IMG/VR virus record: IMGVR_UViG_3300031760_000013
Span: 66,458-112,934 of that record
Length of the DNA stretch: 46,477 bases
From: a virus
Taxonomy: Duplodnaviria > Heunggongvirae > Uroviricota > Caudoviricetes
Strand: one strand, 5' to 3'
Shown here: positions 39,581-46,475 of the stretch, one piece after another
How the letters are laid out: each line of letters begins with the position of its first letter
Position numbering within the stretch: position 1 is the stretch's first letter
Notes under the pieces: generated by a model
What the model saw: only the letters and a program-made list of their open reading frames with translations
Told to the model about the DNA's origin: nothing
Databases searched by the model: none
Made by a program: the position numbers and the translations under genes

Positions 39581-39759
39581 GTAAACCGAGCCCGTGTGAT
39601 AAATGTATCCACAGGCACATTCAACCATGTTCTCAATCTGAGTCGCAATACGACAATTGGCTCTATATTACGTTAAGGCGTATATGGGGCAGAGGAAAGA
39701 AAGAGACCGCTCAAACAATGGGCGGTCTCAACTATATTGAATTAAAGGAGGAAGTCTAA
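39577..39759 (+). CDS. Small hypothetical protein
   Basis: 60-aa ORF coupled to both neighbours; CDKC..C. Confidence 0.4.
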   Translation: MSKPSPCDKCIHRHIQPCSQSESQYDNWLYITLRRIWGRGKKETAQTMGGLNYIELKEEV

Positions 39760-40814
39760 TGACTAAAGTAGAACATTACGTTCTTGACGCGATTAACGTT
39801 GCCAATGATGATACTCATGGCTATAGCATGGCAAATAGGAACGGCGATCCCGACTATGATTGTTCCAGCCTTGTGTGTTTTGTTGTTGATCGGGCAGGGA
39901 TTCCTGTAAGAGCGGCAGGCGCTCACTATACTGGAGATATGCTGGATGCGTTTATAAAATGCGGATTTAAAAATATCATCGATAAAGTCAATATTAACAA
40001 TGGCGCAGGCATGAAACGCGGCGATGTACTTCTGAATCAGGCCGCACATGCAATGCTTTATATTGGCGACGGTCAGGTCGTAAACGCCGGAGGCGATAAC
40101 GGCCATCCGCAGCCTGGTGATCAGGGTGGCGAGATTAAAGTGCAGCCGTATTGGAACGGGAATTGGGATGCGGTTCTTCGTTACATGGGTACAGAGGAAT
40201 ACACTGGTACTGATGAACCTGAAGCACCTGAAGCTGAGCTTGCAGAAGGCATGGTTTATCCAAGGCCTGATGCTCCATGGGCGGCAGACAGCAATAACTT
40301 TGACTATCCAGAAATTCTGAAGTTCGGTGATGCTGGTACTGTTGTGCAGGAGATGCAGGCAAAGCTGAACGCTCTTGGCTATCCGTGCGGCAAAACCGAT
40401 GGCTACTATGGCGAGAAGACGCTTGAGGCTGTTACAAACTTCCAGACTCAGAAGGGCTGTCTGATCGATGGTGAGGCTGGCCCGGAAACTCTTGGTAAAC
40501 TTGCTGAATGCTACAAAGCACTGACTGGTAACGATGAAGCATTCTATGCCCAGTGGGAGAAACCTGTGAACGATCCAAAGACCGAGGCAAAGGAAAATGT
40601 TGCTGGATTCTACGCTGGTGAGAAAGTTGAGTTTATCGGCGGCAATGTATATCTTGTACCGAATGGTACTGTAAGCAAGACATACGAAGCTGGCGAAGCT
40701 AAGATCACTGCTCTGAATGCAAAGGCCAAACACCCGATTCACCTTGTGTTTGTGCGTGGCGCAGCCACTAAGGTGTACGGATGGGTTGATGTTGAAAGTC
40801 TGAAGAAGATCTAA
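39759..40814 (+). CDS. Endolysin (NlpC/P60-like amidase + PG_binding_1 + SH3-like domain)
   Basis: DYDCSS catalytic Cys, GDVLLN...HAMLYIG; V.EMQAKLNALGY...DGYYG..T..AV..FQ...DG.AGPET; C-terminal HPIHLV...VYGWVD. Confidence 0.88.
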   Translation: MTKVEHYVLDAINVANDDTHGYSMANRNGDPDYDCSSLVCFVVDRAGIPVRAAGAHYTGDMLDAFIKCGFKNIIDKVNINNGAGMKRGDVLLNQAAHAMLYIGDGQVVNAGGDNGHPQPGDQGGEIKVQPYWNGNWDAVLRYMGTEEYTGTDEPEAPEAELAEGMVYPRPDAPWAADSNNFDYPEILKFGDAGTVVQEMQAKLNALGYPCGKTDGYYGEKTLEAVTNFQTQKGCLIDGEAGPETLGKLAECYKALTGNDEAFYAQWEKPVNDPKTEAKENVAGFYAGEKVEFIGGNVYLVPNGTVSKTYEAGEAKITALNAKAKHPIHLVFVRGAATKVYGWVDVESLKKI

Positions 40815-40817
40815 GCT

Positions 40818-41111
40818 ATGAAGAAAAAAGAACTAAGCTTTTCGAAGAAGTACTTCGCCTATCTGATTGCGCTTGAGTTCTTTGTGATTTTGTTTACGGG
40901 AGTGATGATTGTTATCACTTGTGATACCACTCCCCTTCAATGGATTATTACTGCACTGGCTGCCGAGATTTCTGTATACAGTGCATGGTATCTGGCTAAA
41001 GCCAGAACCGAGAATAGACATAAATATGCACAATTATACGTGAAGGATATCGCGGATAAGTACGGTGTGGATGTTGCAATCAGAATCGCCGAAGTAGTAT
41101 TACGTGAATGA
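40818..41111 (+). CDS. Putative holin-like membrane protein
   Basis: Two hydrophobic segments; directly after the lysin. Confidence 0.55.
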   Translation: MKKKELSFSKKYFAYLIALEFFVILFTGVMIVITCDTTPLQWIITALAAEISVYSAWYLAKARTENRHKYAQLYVKDIADKYGVDVAIRIAEVVLRE

Positions 41112-41124
41112 AAGGAGTTCCCAA

Positions 41125-41298
41125 ATGAATAAATCCAGATGGCAGGTTTTTAAACGCGAGAATGATGAAGTAGTTATTTGCCGCAGATGTGAAGCGACCT
41201 ACTTTATTGACTATAAAGATATCCGGGATGGCAAACAGCATAGTCTGCCGAAGCGTTGCCCTGTGTGCAAGGCTCTTATGATTACTGACAAACGCTGA
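41125..41298 (+). CDS. Zinc-ribbon protein
   Basis: CRRC...PKRCPVC; AAGGAG RBS supports ATG 41125. Confidence 0.6.
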   Translation: MNKSRWQVFKRENDEVVICRRCEATYFIDYKDIRDGKQHSLPKRCPVCKALMITDKR

Positions 41299-41317
41299 TC
41301 CCTGAAGGAGCGAAACG

Positions 41318-41596
41318 ATGGTTTGTATAGACGACAAAGATGGCCAGCAGGTAATGCGGATAGACCGTTCTATCAAGCTTTATCCTGAGAACACAGAAAT
41401 ATTGAAGTGCTCCAAATGTGGGGCTGAGTTCGCCTGCAGAGGTTTGGAAGACTTTGCGTTCGCTTACATGCACAACGGTGTGCCTGTATATGTACCGAAA
41501 GCGGATGTTTTGTGCTACAACTGCGAAGACGAAAAGAAATACGAGGAAGCCAAGGAAAATATGATTGGCGGCCCGCTTAATAATGTGGAGGTGTAA
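41318..41596 (+). CDS. Zinc-ribbon protein
   Basis: CSKCGAEF...CYNC; AAGGAG RBS. Confidence 0.6.
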   Translation: MVCIDDKDGQQVMRIDRSIKLYPENTEILKCSKCGAEFACRGLEDFAFAYMHNGVPVYVPKADVLCYNCEDEKKYEEAKENMIGGPLNNVEV

Positions 41597-41598
41597 CT

Positions 41599-41889
41599 AT
41601 GCAGATCGATCTTACACAGATCGCTTTGGGTATCATATCTCTACTTTCCACTATCATAACTGCTTATGTCATACCGCAGCTTCGTAATAAACGAATTCTC
41701 CGTCTGATTAGAATCGGCGTTAAAGCTGCAGAGAAGAAGTTTAATGAACCTGGTATGGGTGAAAAGAAGAACGAATACGTTAAAAAGTATCTCGCCAGCA
41801 AAGGGTATGCTCTGAGCATGGAAGAAGTAGACGTTATGATCGATAGCGTTCTGTTCGATATTGAACACGCTCTCCCAGAAGAAGACTAA
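41599..41889 (+). CDS. Holin (LL-H-like)
   Basis: One N-terminal TM followed by VKAAEK.F...GMGEKKNEYV...IDS pattern. Confidence 0.7.
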   Translation: MQIDLTQIALGIISLLSTIITAYVIPQLRNKRILRLIRIGVKAAEKKFNEPGMGEKKNEYVKKYLASKGYALSMEEVDVMIDSVLFDIEHALPEED

Positions 41890-41901
41890 GAAAGGGAGGT
41901 C

Positions 41902-42336
41902 ATGAAAATGGAAATACTCATGAACCTTACTTTAGAACAATTGGTGGGAAGGATAGCAGGGATAATTGCGGTATTGTCCGTTTTCATAGAGATTACCCCG
42001 ATTAAGTTTAACCCGATCTCTAGCTTATTGAAGTTTATAGGGTCTAGACTAAATAAAGATATCACCGAGAAACTGAATACAATGGAAAAGAAAGTCGATG
42101 CGCTTGAACGAGCTGATATTGTGTCATGCCGCGTGAGGATTCTGATGTTCGCTGACGAGCTCAGAAGTAATTGTAGGCATTCCCAAGAGATGTTCGATCA
42201 GACGCTTTCGGATATAGACGTTTATGATGCCTACTGCGACTGCCACCCAGACTTTAAGAATAACAAGACAGTCGCGGCAAGGCAGAGGATATTAGACGCG
42301 TATAATAAGTGTATGCAAGACAACGACTTTCTCTAA
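41902..42336 (+). CDS. Lysis-cassette membrane protein
   Basis: N-terminal TM, IEITPIKFNP...RVRILMFADEL...YC..HP.FKNNK. Confidence 0.55.
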   Translation: MKMEILMNLTLEQLVGRIAGIIAVLSVFIEITPIKFNPISSLLKFIGSRLNKDITEKLNTMEKKVDALERADIVSCRVRILMFADELRSNCRHSQEMFDQTLSDIDVYDAYCDCHPDFKNNKTVAARQRILDAYNKCMQDNDFL

Positions 42337-42349
42337 TTGGAGGTAGAAG

Positions 42350-42595
42350 ATGTATAGGATTCTTACTGTTTATTCCAAGAAAGATAACTACCAGTCGCTG
42401 TATCAGCTTATGACGACCGAAGGGACGGATAGCGACGGCAATGTCATCACTGTTCCGCTGGAGCTTGCTGACAAGTCTGAGCTGGACGCAAAGGTTGAAT
42501 CTATGCTGAATGACGAGGGTTATGCAAAGGCCGACTTTATGGTCGTCCAGTATATTGATTATAACATTGATGCGAAGGATTATTCTGACGATTAA
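42350..42595 (+). CDS. Hypothetical protein
   Basis: 81-aa ORF with GGAGG RBS. Confidence 0.6.
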   Translation: MYRILTVYSKKDNYQSLYQLMTTEGTDSDGNVITVPLELADKSELDAKVESMLNDEGYAKADFMVVQYIDYNIDAKDYSDD

Positions 42596-42615
42596 TCTTT
42601 CCAGAAAATAAAGGA

Positions 42616-42644
42616 TTGAAAGGGTGACGAAATATGGGTATAAT
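42616..42644 (+). promoter_or_regulatory. sigmaA/sigma70-type promoter
   Basis: TTGAAA (42616-21), 17-nt spacer, TATAAT (42639-44). Confidence 0.7.
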
Positions 42645-42666
42645 ATCTCCGGGTGAGATTTATACT

Positions 42667-43281
42667 GTGAGCACTATTATTACATGCTGCGGCATCAATT
42701 TCTGCATGATGGCTGCGGATAAAAGAAAAACTTTCCAGAACGGTGATGAGAGCATCGTGCTGGATGACAACACAGAAAAAATTTTCAGAGTCAACAACAA
42801 CATTTTATTTGGTGGCTCCGGTGTGTTCTGGGGCAACGAGAAAATTTATGAGCCTATCAAAGATCGTATGAATGATAGGCTCACTATAGTCGACGCCGTC
42901 AAGATGACGGAAGATTATATGTATAATAACTTGGCGTTCGTAAGGGCGCTCAAGCGGTATTACTTCATTTCTGGTAGAGACGATGACGGGATATATTATC
43001 TTGTTAGGGTGTGCCTGCGGGAAAAGGATAAATGCGTGCACACTGATTCGTTTGTGCCGATGAGGAAAGATCAGAAGGCGTATATGATCGCTCTGCCGAA
43101 ATCAATGGAGAGCGATGAGAACGCAACGAGGTTTAACCAGATGCTCGATAAGGCGGTTGGTAGCGCTGAGTCGTTGCCTGATCTTTACTTGGAGTGTGCA
43201 AAGATAATTCGAACTGTCGAGAAGGAAGACTCTAGTAAGTCTGTCGGCGACAGTATATCATTCCAGTCTATCCACGACTGA
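42667..43281 (+). CDS. Proteasome-beta/HslV-like Ntn-hydrolase-fold protein (204 aa)
   Basis: After Met removal S1-TIITCCGINFCMMAA-D17-K-R19-KT...EKIFRVNNNILFGGSG aligns by eye to the beta-subunit N-terminus; C-terminal EDSSKSVGDSISF; GGGTGA RBS 10 nt before GTG. Confidence 0.6.
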   Translation: MSTIITCCGINFCMMAADKRKTFQNGDESIVLDDNTEKIFRVNNNILFGGSGVFWGNEKIYEPIKDRMNDRLTIVDAVKMTEDYMYNNLAFVRALKRYYFISGRDDDGIYYLVRVCLREKDKCVHTDSFVPMRKDQKAYMIALPKSMESDENATRFNQMLDKAVGSAESLPDLYLECAKIIRTVEKEDSSKSVGDSISFQSIHD

Positions 43282-43289
43282 GGCTCGCC

Positions 43290-43457
43290 ATGCTTTACAG
43301 GTGTGACGATTATGGTTGCACTGTAGATGAGTTATTCCAGATAGTTAAGAATGACAAGGCGTGCAGACAACCAGATGATGATTCGACCGATATTATTATC
43401 GGTGGTATATTAGACACGAGCACTGGTGAAGTGTCTCAATTCTTTATTGAATGTTAA
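43290..43457 (+). CDS. Small acidic hypothetical protein (55 aa)
   Basis: MLYRCDDYGCTVDELFQIVKNDKACRQPDDDSTDIIIGGILDTSTGEVSQFFIEC*; GAGG RBS. Confidence 0.35.
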   Translation: MLYRCDDYGCTVDELFQIVKNDKACRQPDDDSTDIIIGGILDTSTGEVSQFFIEC

Positions 43458-43460
43458 GTT

Positions 43461-43494
43461 AAGCGTCCGGCTTCGTGCTGGGCGCTTTCTTTTT
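43461..43494 (+). terminator. Intrinsic terminator
   Basis: 11-bp stem AAGCGTCCGGC/GCTGGGCGCTT (two G-U) followed by TCTTTTT. Confidence 0.7.
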
Positions 43495-43658
43495 CTCCAG
43501 AATTTGTGAAAAAGAAGCCTCCCAGACTAAGCTGAGAGGCGTTTAGTTTCGTAAAGAAAAGTGCATAGTTTATATTACAAAGAGCGGGTTTGGTCGCTCT
43601 GATATCCAAACAAGTTATGTATAAGCAAGAGTACATATATGTCATAGCTCCTGCTCGT

Positions 43659-43681
43659 AGTTCTAACAAAAGTTCTAACAA
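43659..43681 (+). repeat. Tandem AGTTCTAACAA repeats, putative integrase arm sites (left arm)
   Basis: Copies at 43659-69 and 43671-81 (12-bp period). Confidence 0.7.
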
Positions 43682-43757
43682 ATGTGTCGGAAAATTTTTC
43701 CAAGAATTACTGGGGTTTATGAATGTCGCACAAAAAATTGCGGATTTTTACTGCAGT

Positions 43758-43802
43758 AGATTAGAGCAGATTTGGTTAGATTGCACTAGATTTGAGTAGA
43801 TT
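43758..43802 (+). repeat. Five AGATT pentamers at exact 10-bp period
   Basis: AGATT at 43758, 43768, 43778, 43788, 43798. Confidence 0.85.
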
Positions 43803-43814
43803 AGAAATGGGACG

Positions 43815-43862
43815 CTTGGTTCGGGACCAAGAGGCCTCGGGTTCAAATCCCGACACTCCGAC
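43815..43862 (+). other. attP core: 3' fragment of tRNA-Pro (anticodon CGG)
   Basis: Anticodon arm CTTGG-TTCGGGA-CCAAG, T-arm TCGGG-TTCAAAT-CCCGA, acceptor 3' strand CACTCCG; no 5' acceptor strand or D-arm upstream; next to the integrase 3' end. Confidence 0.85.
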
Positions 43863-43864
43863 TG

Positions 43865-43902
43865 AAAAGTGCCTGATTTCGTTGAAATTGGGTACTTTTT
43901 TT
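43865..43902 (+). terminator. Intrinsic terminator after the tRNA fragment
   Basis: 16-bp stem AAAAGTGCCTGATTTC/GAAATTGGGTACTTTT with G-U pairs, then a T-tract. Confidence 0.7.
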
Positions 43903-43916
43903 ATGCAATTCTCAAA

Positions 43917-43939
43917 AGTTCTAACAAGAGTTCTAACAG
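43917..43939 (+). repeat. Tandem AGTTCTAACA repeats, putative integrase arm sites (right arm)
   Basis: Copies at 43917-27 and 43929-39, with degenerate AATTCT copies flanking. Confidence 0.7.
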
Positions 43940-43951
43940 AAATTCTAATTT

Positions 43952-45115
43952 CTACTGCGTTAATAGCTCTGCACATAGGTCAGAGCCGACCGATTTTAAG
44001 TGCTGATTCGTTAAATGCCCGTAAACATTTCCTGTTGTTTGGATATCAGAATGACCAAGCCACTGTTGTACATCCTTGAGATTATGCCCTGATTCTAGCA
44101 GTATGCTTGCACATGAATGCCTTAAATCGTGAAGCCTTATATCCGGCATCCCATGTCGCTCTAGAATCTTGTGAAAAGTTTTTGTGATATAGTCTGGCGA
44201 ATAGGGCTTGCCGCTATCCCACTTGAACACATAATCGTTCTTGATGTATTTGTCACCAAGAAGTTTTTCATTTAATTCTTCCCTCGCCTTAGCATCAGTG
44301 AAAATCTTTTCTATCTCTGGAGTCATAGGGTACACTCTGTAGCTATCGTCGGTTTTGGTGTCATCCTTCTCGACGATCGAACTGCATCTGCATACGACGT
44401 GCTTTATAACTACCTGCTTGTTATTGAAGTCTATACTATCCCATTTTAGCCCCAACAACTCACTGCGTCTCAACCCATACAACGCAGTAACTGTTATGAG
44501 CGGAGCAAGTTTCTCACCCTGGATTAATTGGAATAGGTTACGCATCTGGCTTGAAGCGTAGAAAGATGGTTTAAACTTCTGTTTCTTTGGCCGCTTTATT
44601 TTGCTGACCGGATTCTCAGAAATCTTTTTCTTATTCACAGCATCATCACAGATAACGCTTAGAACAGTGAGATAGTTCCTTACCGATTTGTTTGAAAGAC
44701 CGCCGCCAGTTTTTACATTGCCGCATTCAGACATATGCGCAGAAAAGTCTTCAACGATTTCAGGCGTGAGATCTTGTATCGCAACCTTGCGCTTCTTGAA
44801 GTATGGAACGATGTGGCTCTCAACACCGATCTTGTATCCTTGGAATGTGATGGGATCGTACACACGCTCAGCGTATATTATCCATTTCTCTGCATATTCA
44901 GCGAGTGGTTCTTTCTTAACTGTTGCGACTTCAAATGACTTATCTTGGTATTCAGTTATAGTATCGTCGAGGAATTTTTTAGCAGCTCTTTTGTTGTGCC
45001 CATCGACACTCAGCTTGGTCGGAATCCATTTCTGTTTCCGAACGCCATCCTTATCCGTTATATTAAGGACGGCATAGTACATATTCTTTTTAATTTGTAA
45101 GCTTCCGGTTATCAT
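43952..45115 (-). CDS. int: Tyrosine integrase
   Basis: GLRRSELLGL (R), HDLRHS (HxxR), LGHS, VYGH (Y); GGAGGT RBS supports ATG 45115. Confidence 0.95.
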   Translation of the reverse strand: MITGSLQIKKNMYYAVLNITDKDGVRKQKWIPTKLSVDGHNKRAAKKFLDDTITEYQDKSFEVATVKKEPLAEYAEKWIIYAERVYDPITFQGYKIGVESHIVPYFKKRKVAIQDLTPEIVEDFSAHMSECGNVKTGGGLSNKSVRNYLTVLSVICDDAVNKKKISENPVSKIKRPKKQKFKPSFYASSQMRNLFQLIQGEKLAPLITVTALYGLRRSELLGLKWDSIDFNNKQVVIKHVVCRCSSIVEKDDTKTDDSYRVYPMTPEIEKIFTDAKAREELNEKLLGDKYIKNDYVFKWDSGKPYSPDYITKTFHKILERHGMPDIRLHDLRHSCASILLESGHNLKDVQQWLGHSDIQTTGNVYGHLTNQHLKSVGSDLCAELLTQ

Positions 45116-45180
45116 ATTACACCTCCGTCGAACGGAAGCCATGACATATATGTATTTTGATTATAAGTGACGGAGAGCGT

Positions 45181-45363
45181 TTATTCAAGCACTGATTCTT
45201 TAACAAATCTGATCACCTCCGACTTTGGAATCAAATACGGCTTGCCTATGTCGAGGCGTCTGATTCTCTTTTCTTGTACGAGCTGATACGCTCGGTATAC
45301 TTTTATTTGTAGCATTTCTGCCAGTTCTTTTATCGTAACGATATCGCTGTATTTTTCAAAAAT
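45181..45363 (-). CDS. xis: Excisionase-like helix-turn-helix protein; start codon uncertain (ATT 45363 or GTG 45411)
   Basis: FEKYSDIVTIKELAEMLQI...AYQLV...I...IGKPYLIPKSEV; directly upstream of int. Confidence 0.75.
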   Translation of the reverse strand: MFEKYSDIVTIKELAEMLQIKVYRAYQLVQEKRIRRLDIGKPYLIPKSEVIRFVKESVLE

Positions 45364-45566
45364 ATTATTCACCTCTGTTTTTAAGTGCTCAAGCCTTCTC
45401 CCAACAAGCACTCATTGCTCCCAACCGTCCGATATTTACAGCCTCGCACTACGGCTTTGGCTAGCAGGAGCGTCCCTTGTTATTCACGTGGTGGAAATAG
45501 CTGCCGGGTCTAAGCCTCATCAGTTACACGGCTATCGCAACCACATGGTATTTATATAAAACGCGC

Positions 45567-45595
45567 TTGACATTACTTCAGATTTAGACTAAATT
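45567..45595 (+). promoter_or_regulatory. sigmaA/sigma70-type promoter
   Basis: TTGACA (45567-72), 17-nt spacer, TAAATT (45590-95). Confidence 0.7.
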
Positions 45596-45600
45596 ATTGT

Positions 45601-45958
45601 TGCCCATTCACAGCGTAAATGTGAGGGCAGGAAAGGAGCGTGGTCAATTTGGCCAAGTTTTTGATTCTGCCTGTCTCTGAAGTAATATCAATGCATTGGG
45701 CAGAAACGGCTTAATGCCGTTCTTTGCAGAACCCGACTGCTAAAGTGCGATCGCCTTGGGTAAGAGAGGGTGGCACATCACACCCATGTTCATAGCGGGG
45801 AAATCGAGCGTCGCCAGTTACTCACCTGCATATACAGAATGAAAGGAATCTTGTTTTGTGAGTAGCGGAACAAGTGTCGCTATGTTCATTGCGCCAAGGC
45901 TCAGGGAAAACAAATTGGGAAAATACTGCCGGTAGATGTGACCGGTGGTATTTTATTT
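45601..45958 (+). ncRNA. Candidate structured non-coding RNA (~355 nt)
   Basis: Own promoter and terminator, at least 7 helices including nested long-range stems, no ORF of 60 aa or more. Confidence 0.55.
45920..45958 (+). terminator. Intrinsic terminator
   Basis: 14-bp stem AAAATACTGCCGGT/ACCGGTGGTATTTT; its two wobble pairs work only on the + strand. Confidence 0.7.
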
Positions 45959-45959
45959 G

Positions 45960-46127
45960 TTACCACTCTTCGAAGTCATCGTAGTCCTGTTTCTCGCGTC
46001 TGCCTTTAAATTTTTTAGCGTGCCAATCCTCTTTCTCGACAAACATCTCAAAATCATTGCCGCCTTTATTCTCTTTGGCACGACTATTATCTTTCTGCTG
46101 CCAATTCTTATTTTGGTTTCTACTCAT
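45960..46127 (-). CDS. Small charged hypothetical protein (55 aa)
   Basis: MSRNQNKNWQQKDNSRAKENKGGNDFEMFVEKEDWHAKKFKGRREKQDYDDFEEW*; GAGG RBS; ATGA overlap with the upstream ORF. Confidence 0.65.
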   Translation of the reverse strand: MSRNQNKNWQQKDNSRAKENKGGNDFEMFVEKEDWHAKKFKGRREKQDYDDFEEW

Positions 46128-46267
46128 TTCAGCCTCGGCTCGATCAGATATTTAAATATAAACATACCAATTGTGACCCCAATGATATCATAGACTGAGA
46201 TCTGCCAGCGTGGCAGAGGCGACGGAGCGCACCAGTATGCAACAAAATTACTCAGTAGATTCGCCAT
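46124..46267 (-). CDS. Small membrane protein (47 aa)
   Basis: MANLLSNFVAYWCAPSPLPRWQISVYDIIGVTIGMFIFKYLIEPRLK*; GAGG RBS; coupled to both neighbours. Confidence 0.55.
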   Translation of the reverse strand: MANLLSNFVAYWCAPSPLPRWQISVYDIIGVTIGMFIFKYLIEPRLK

Positions 46268-46475
46268 CGTCCTCGTCCTCCTTCATGTAATACCCGTCTG
46301 GGCTATAATAGTTTAAATCTGGGTTAGATGGTTCGCATATACAACACGGTTTGCCATCAGATGAAGACGGCGGTTCATATATACATCCTTTACACGACCA
46401 TGTATTTTCTTTTACATGGTCGTTTTCTTTTCTCATTTTAAGCAGCTTATTAAATATATCGATCTCTAAACTCAT
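46248..46475 (-). CDS. Cys-rich hypothetical protein
   Basis: CKGC...CCIC; the start lies at the window edge. Confidence 0.5.
   Translation of the reverse strand: MSLEIDIFNKLLKMRKENDHVKENTWSCKGCIYEPPSSSDGKPCCICEPSNPDLNYYSPDGYYMKEDEDDGESTE

Noticed and set aside
42634-42666. ATG 42634 start or propeptide for the Ntn-like gene
   Set aside because: Lies within the spacer of the consensus promoter and residue -1 is Val, not Gly; still possible on read-through transcripts
43790-43865. Functional phage tRNA-Pro
   Set aside because: 5' acceptor strand (expected CGGAGTG) and D-arm absent; treated as the att core
45493-45535. GGG-UCUAAGC-CUC on + resembling the twister P4/L4 loop
   Set aside because: The L1 UAA cleavage strand and the conserved G after P2 are missing (CACGG instead of GAGG/GAAGG); no matching P1
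45490-45545. CUGAUGAG on the minus strand suggesting a hammerhead ribozyme
   Set aside because: No GAAA(C) core segment after a plausible stem II, and no stem III/NUH arrangement
45745-45900. GTGCG followed by a long stem, like a group II intron 5' end
   Set aside because: No domain V (AGC/CGC triad hairpin) or 3' AY end; no interrupted gene
45945-46193. Plus-strand 82-aa hydrophobic ORF
   Set aside because: Starts inside a terminator and is antisense to two coupled minus-strand ORFs with RBSs
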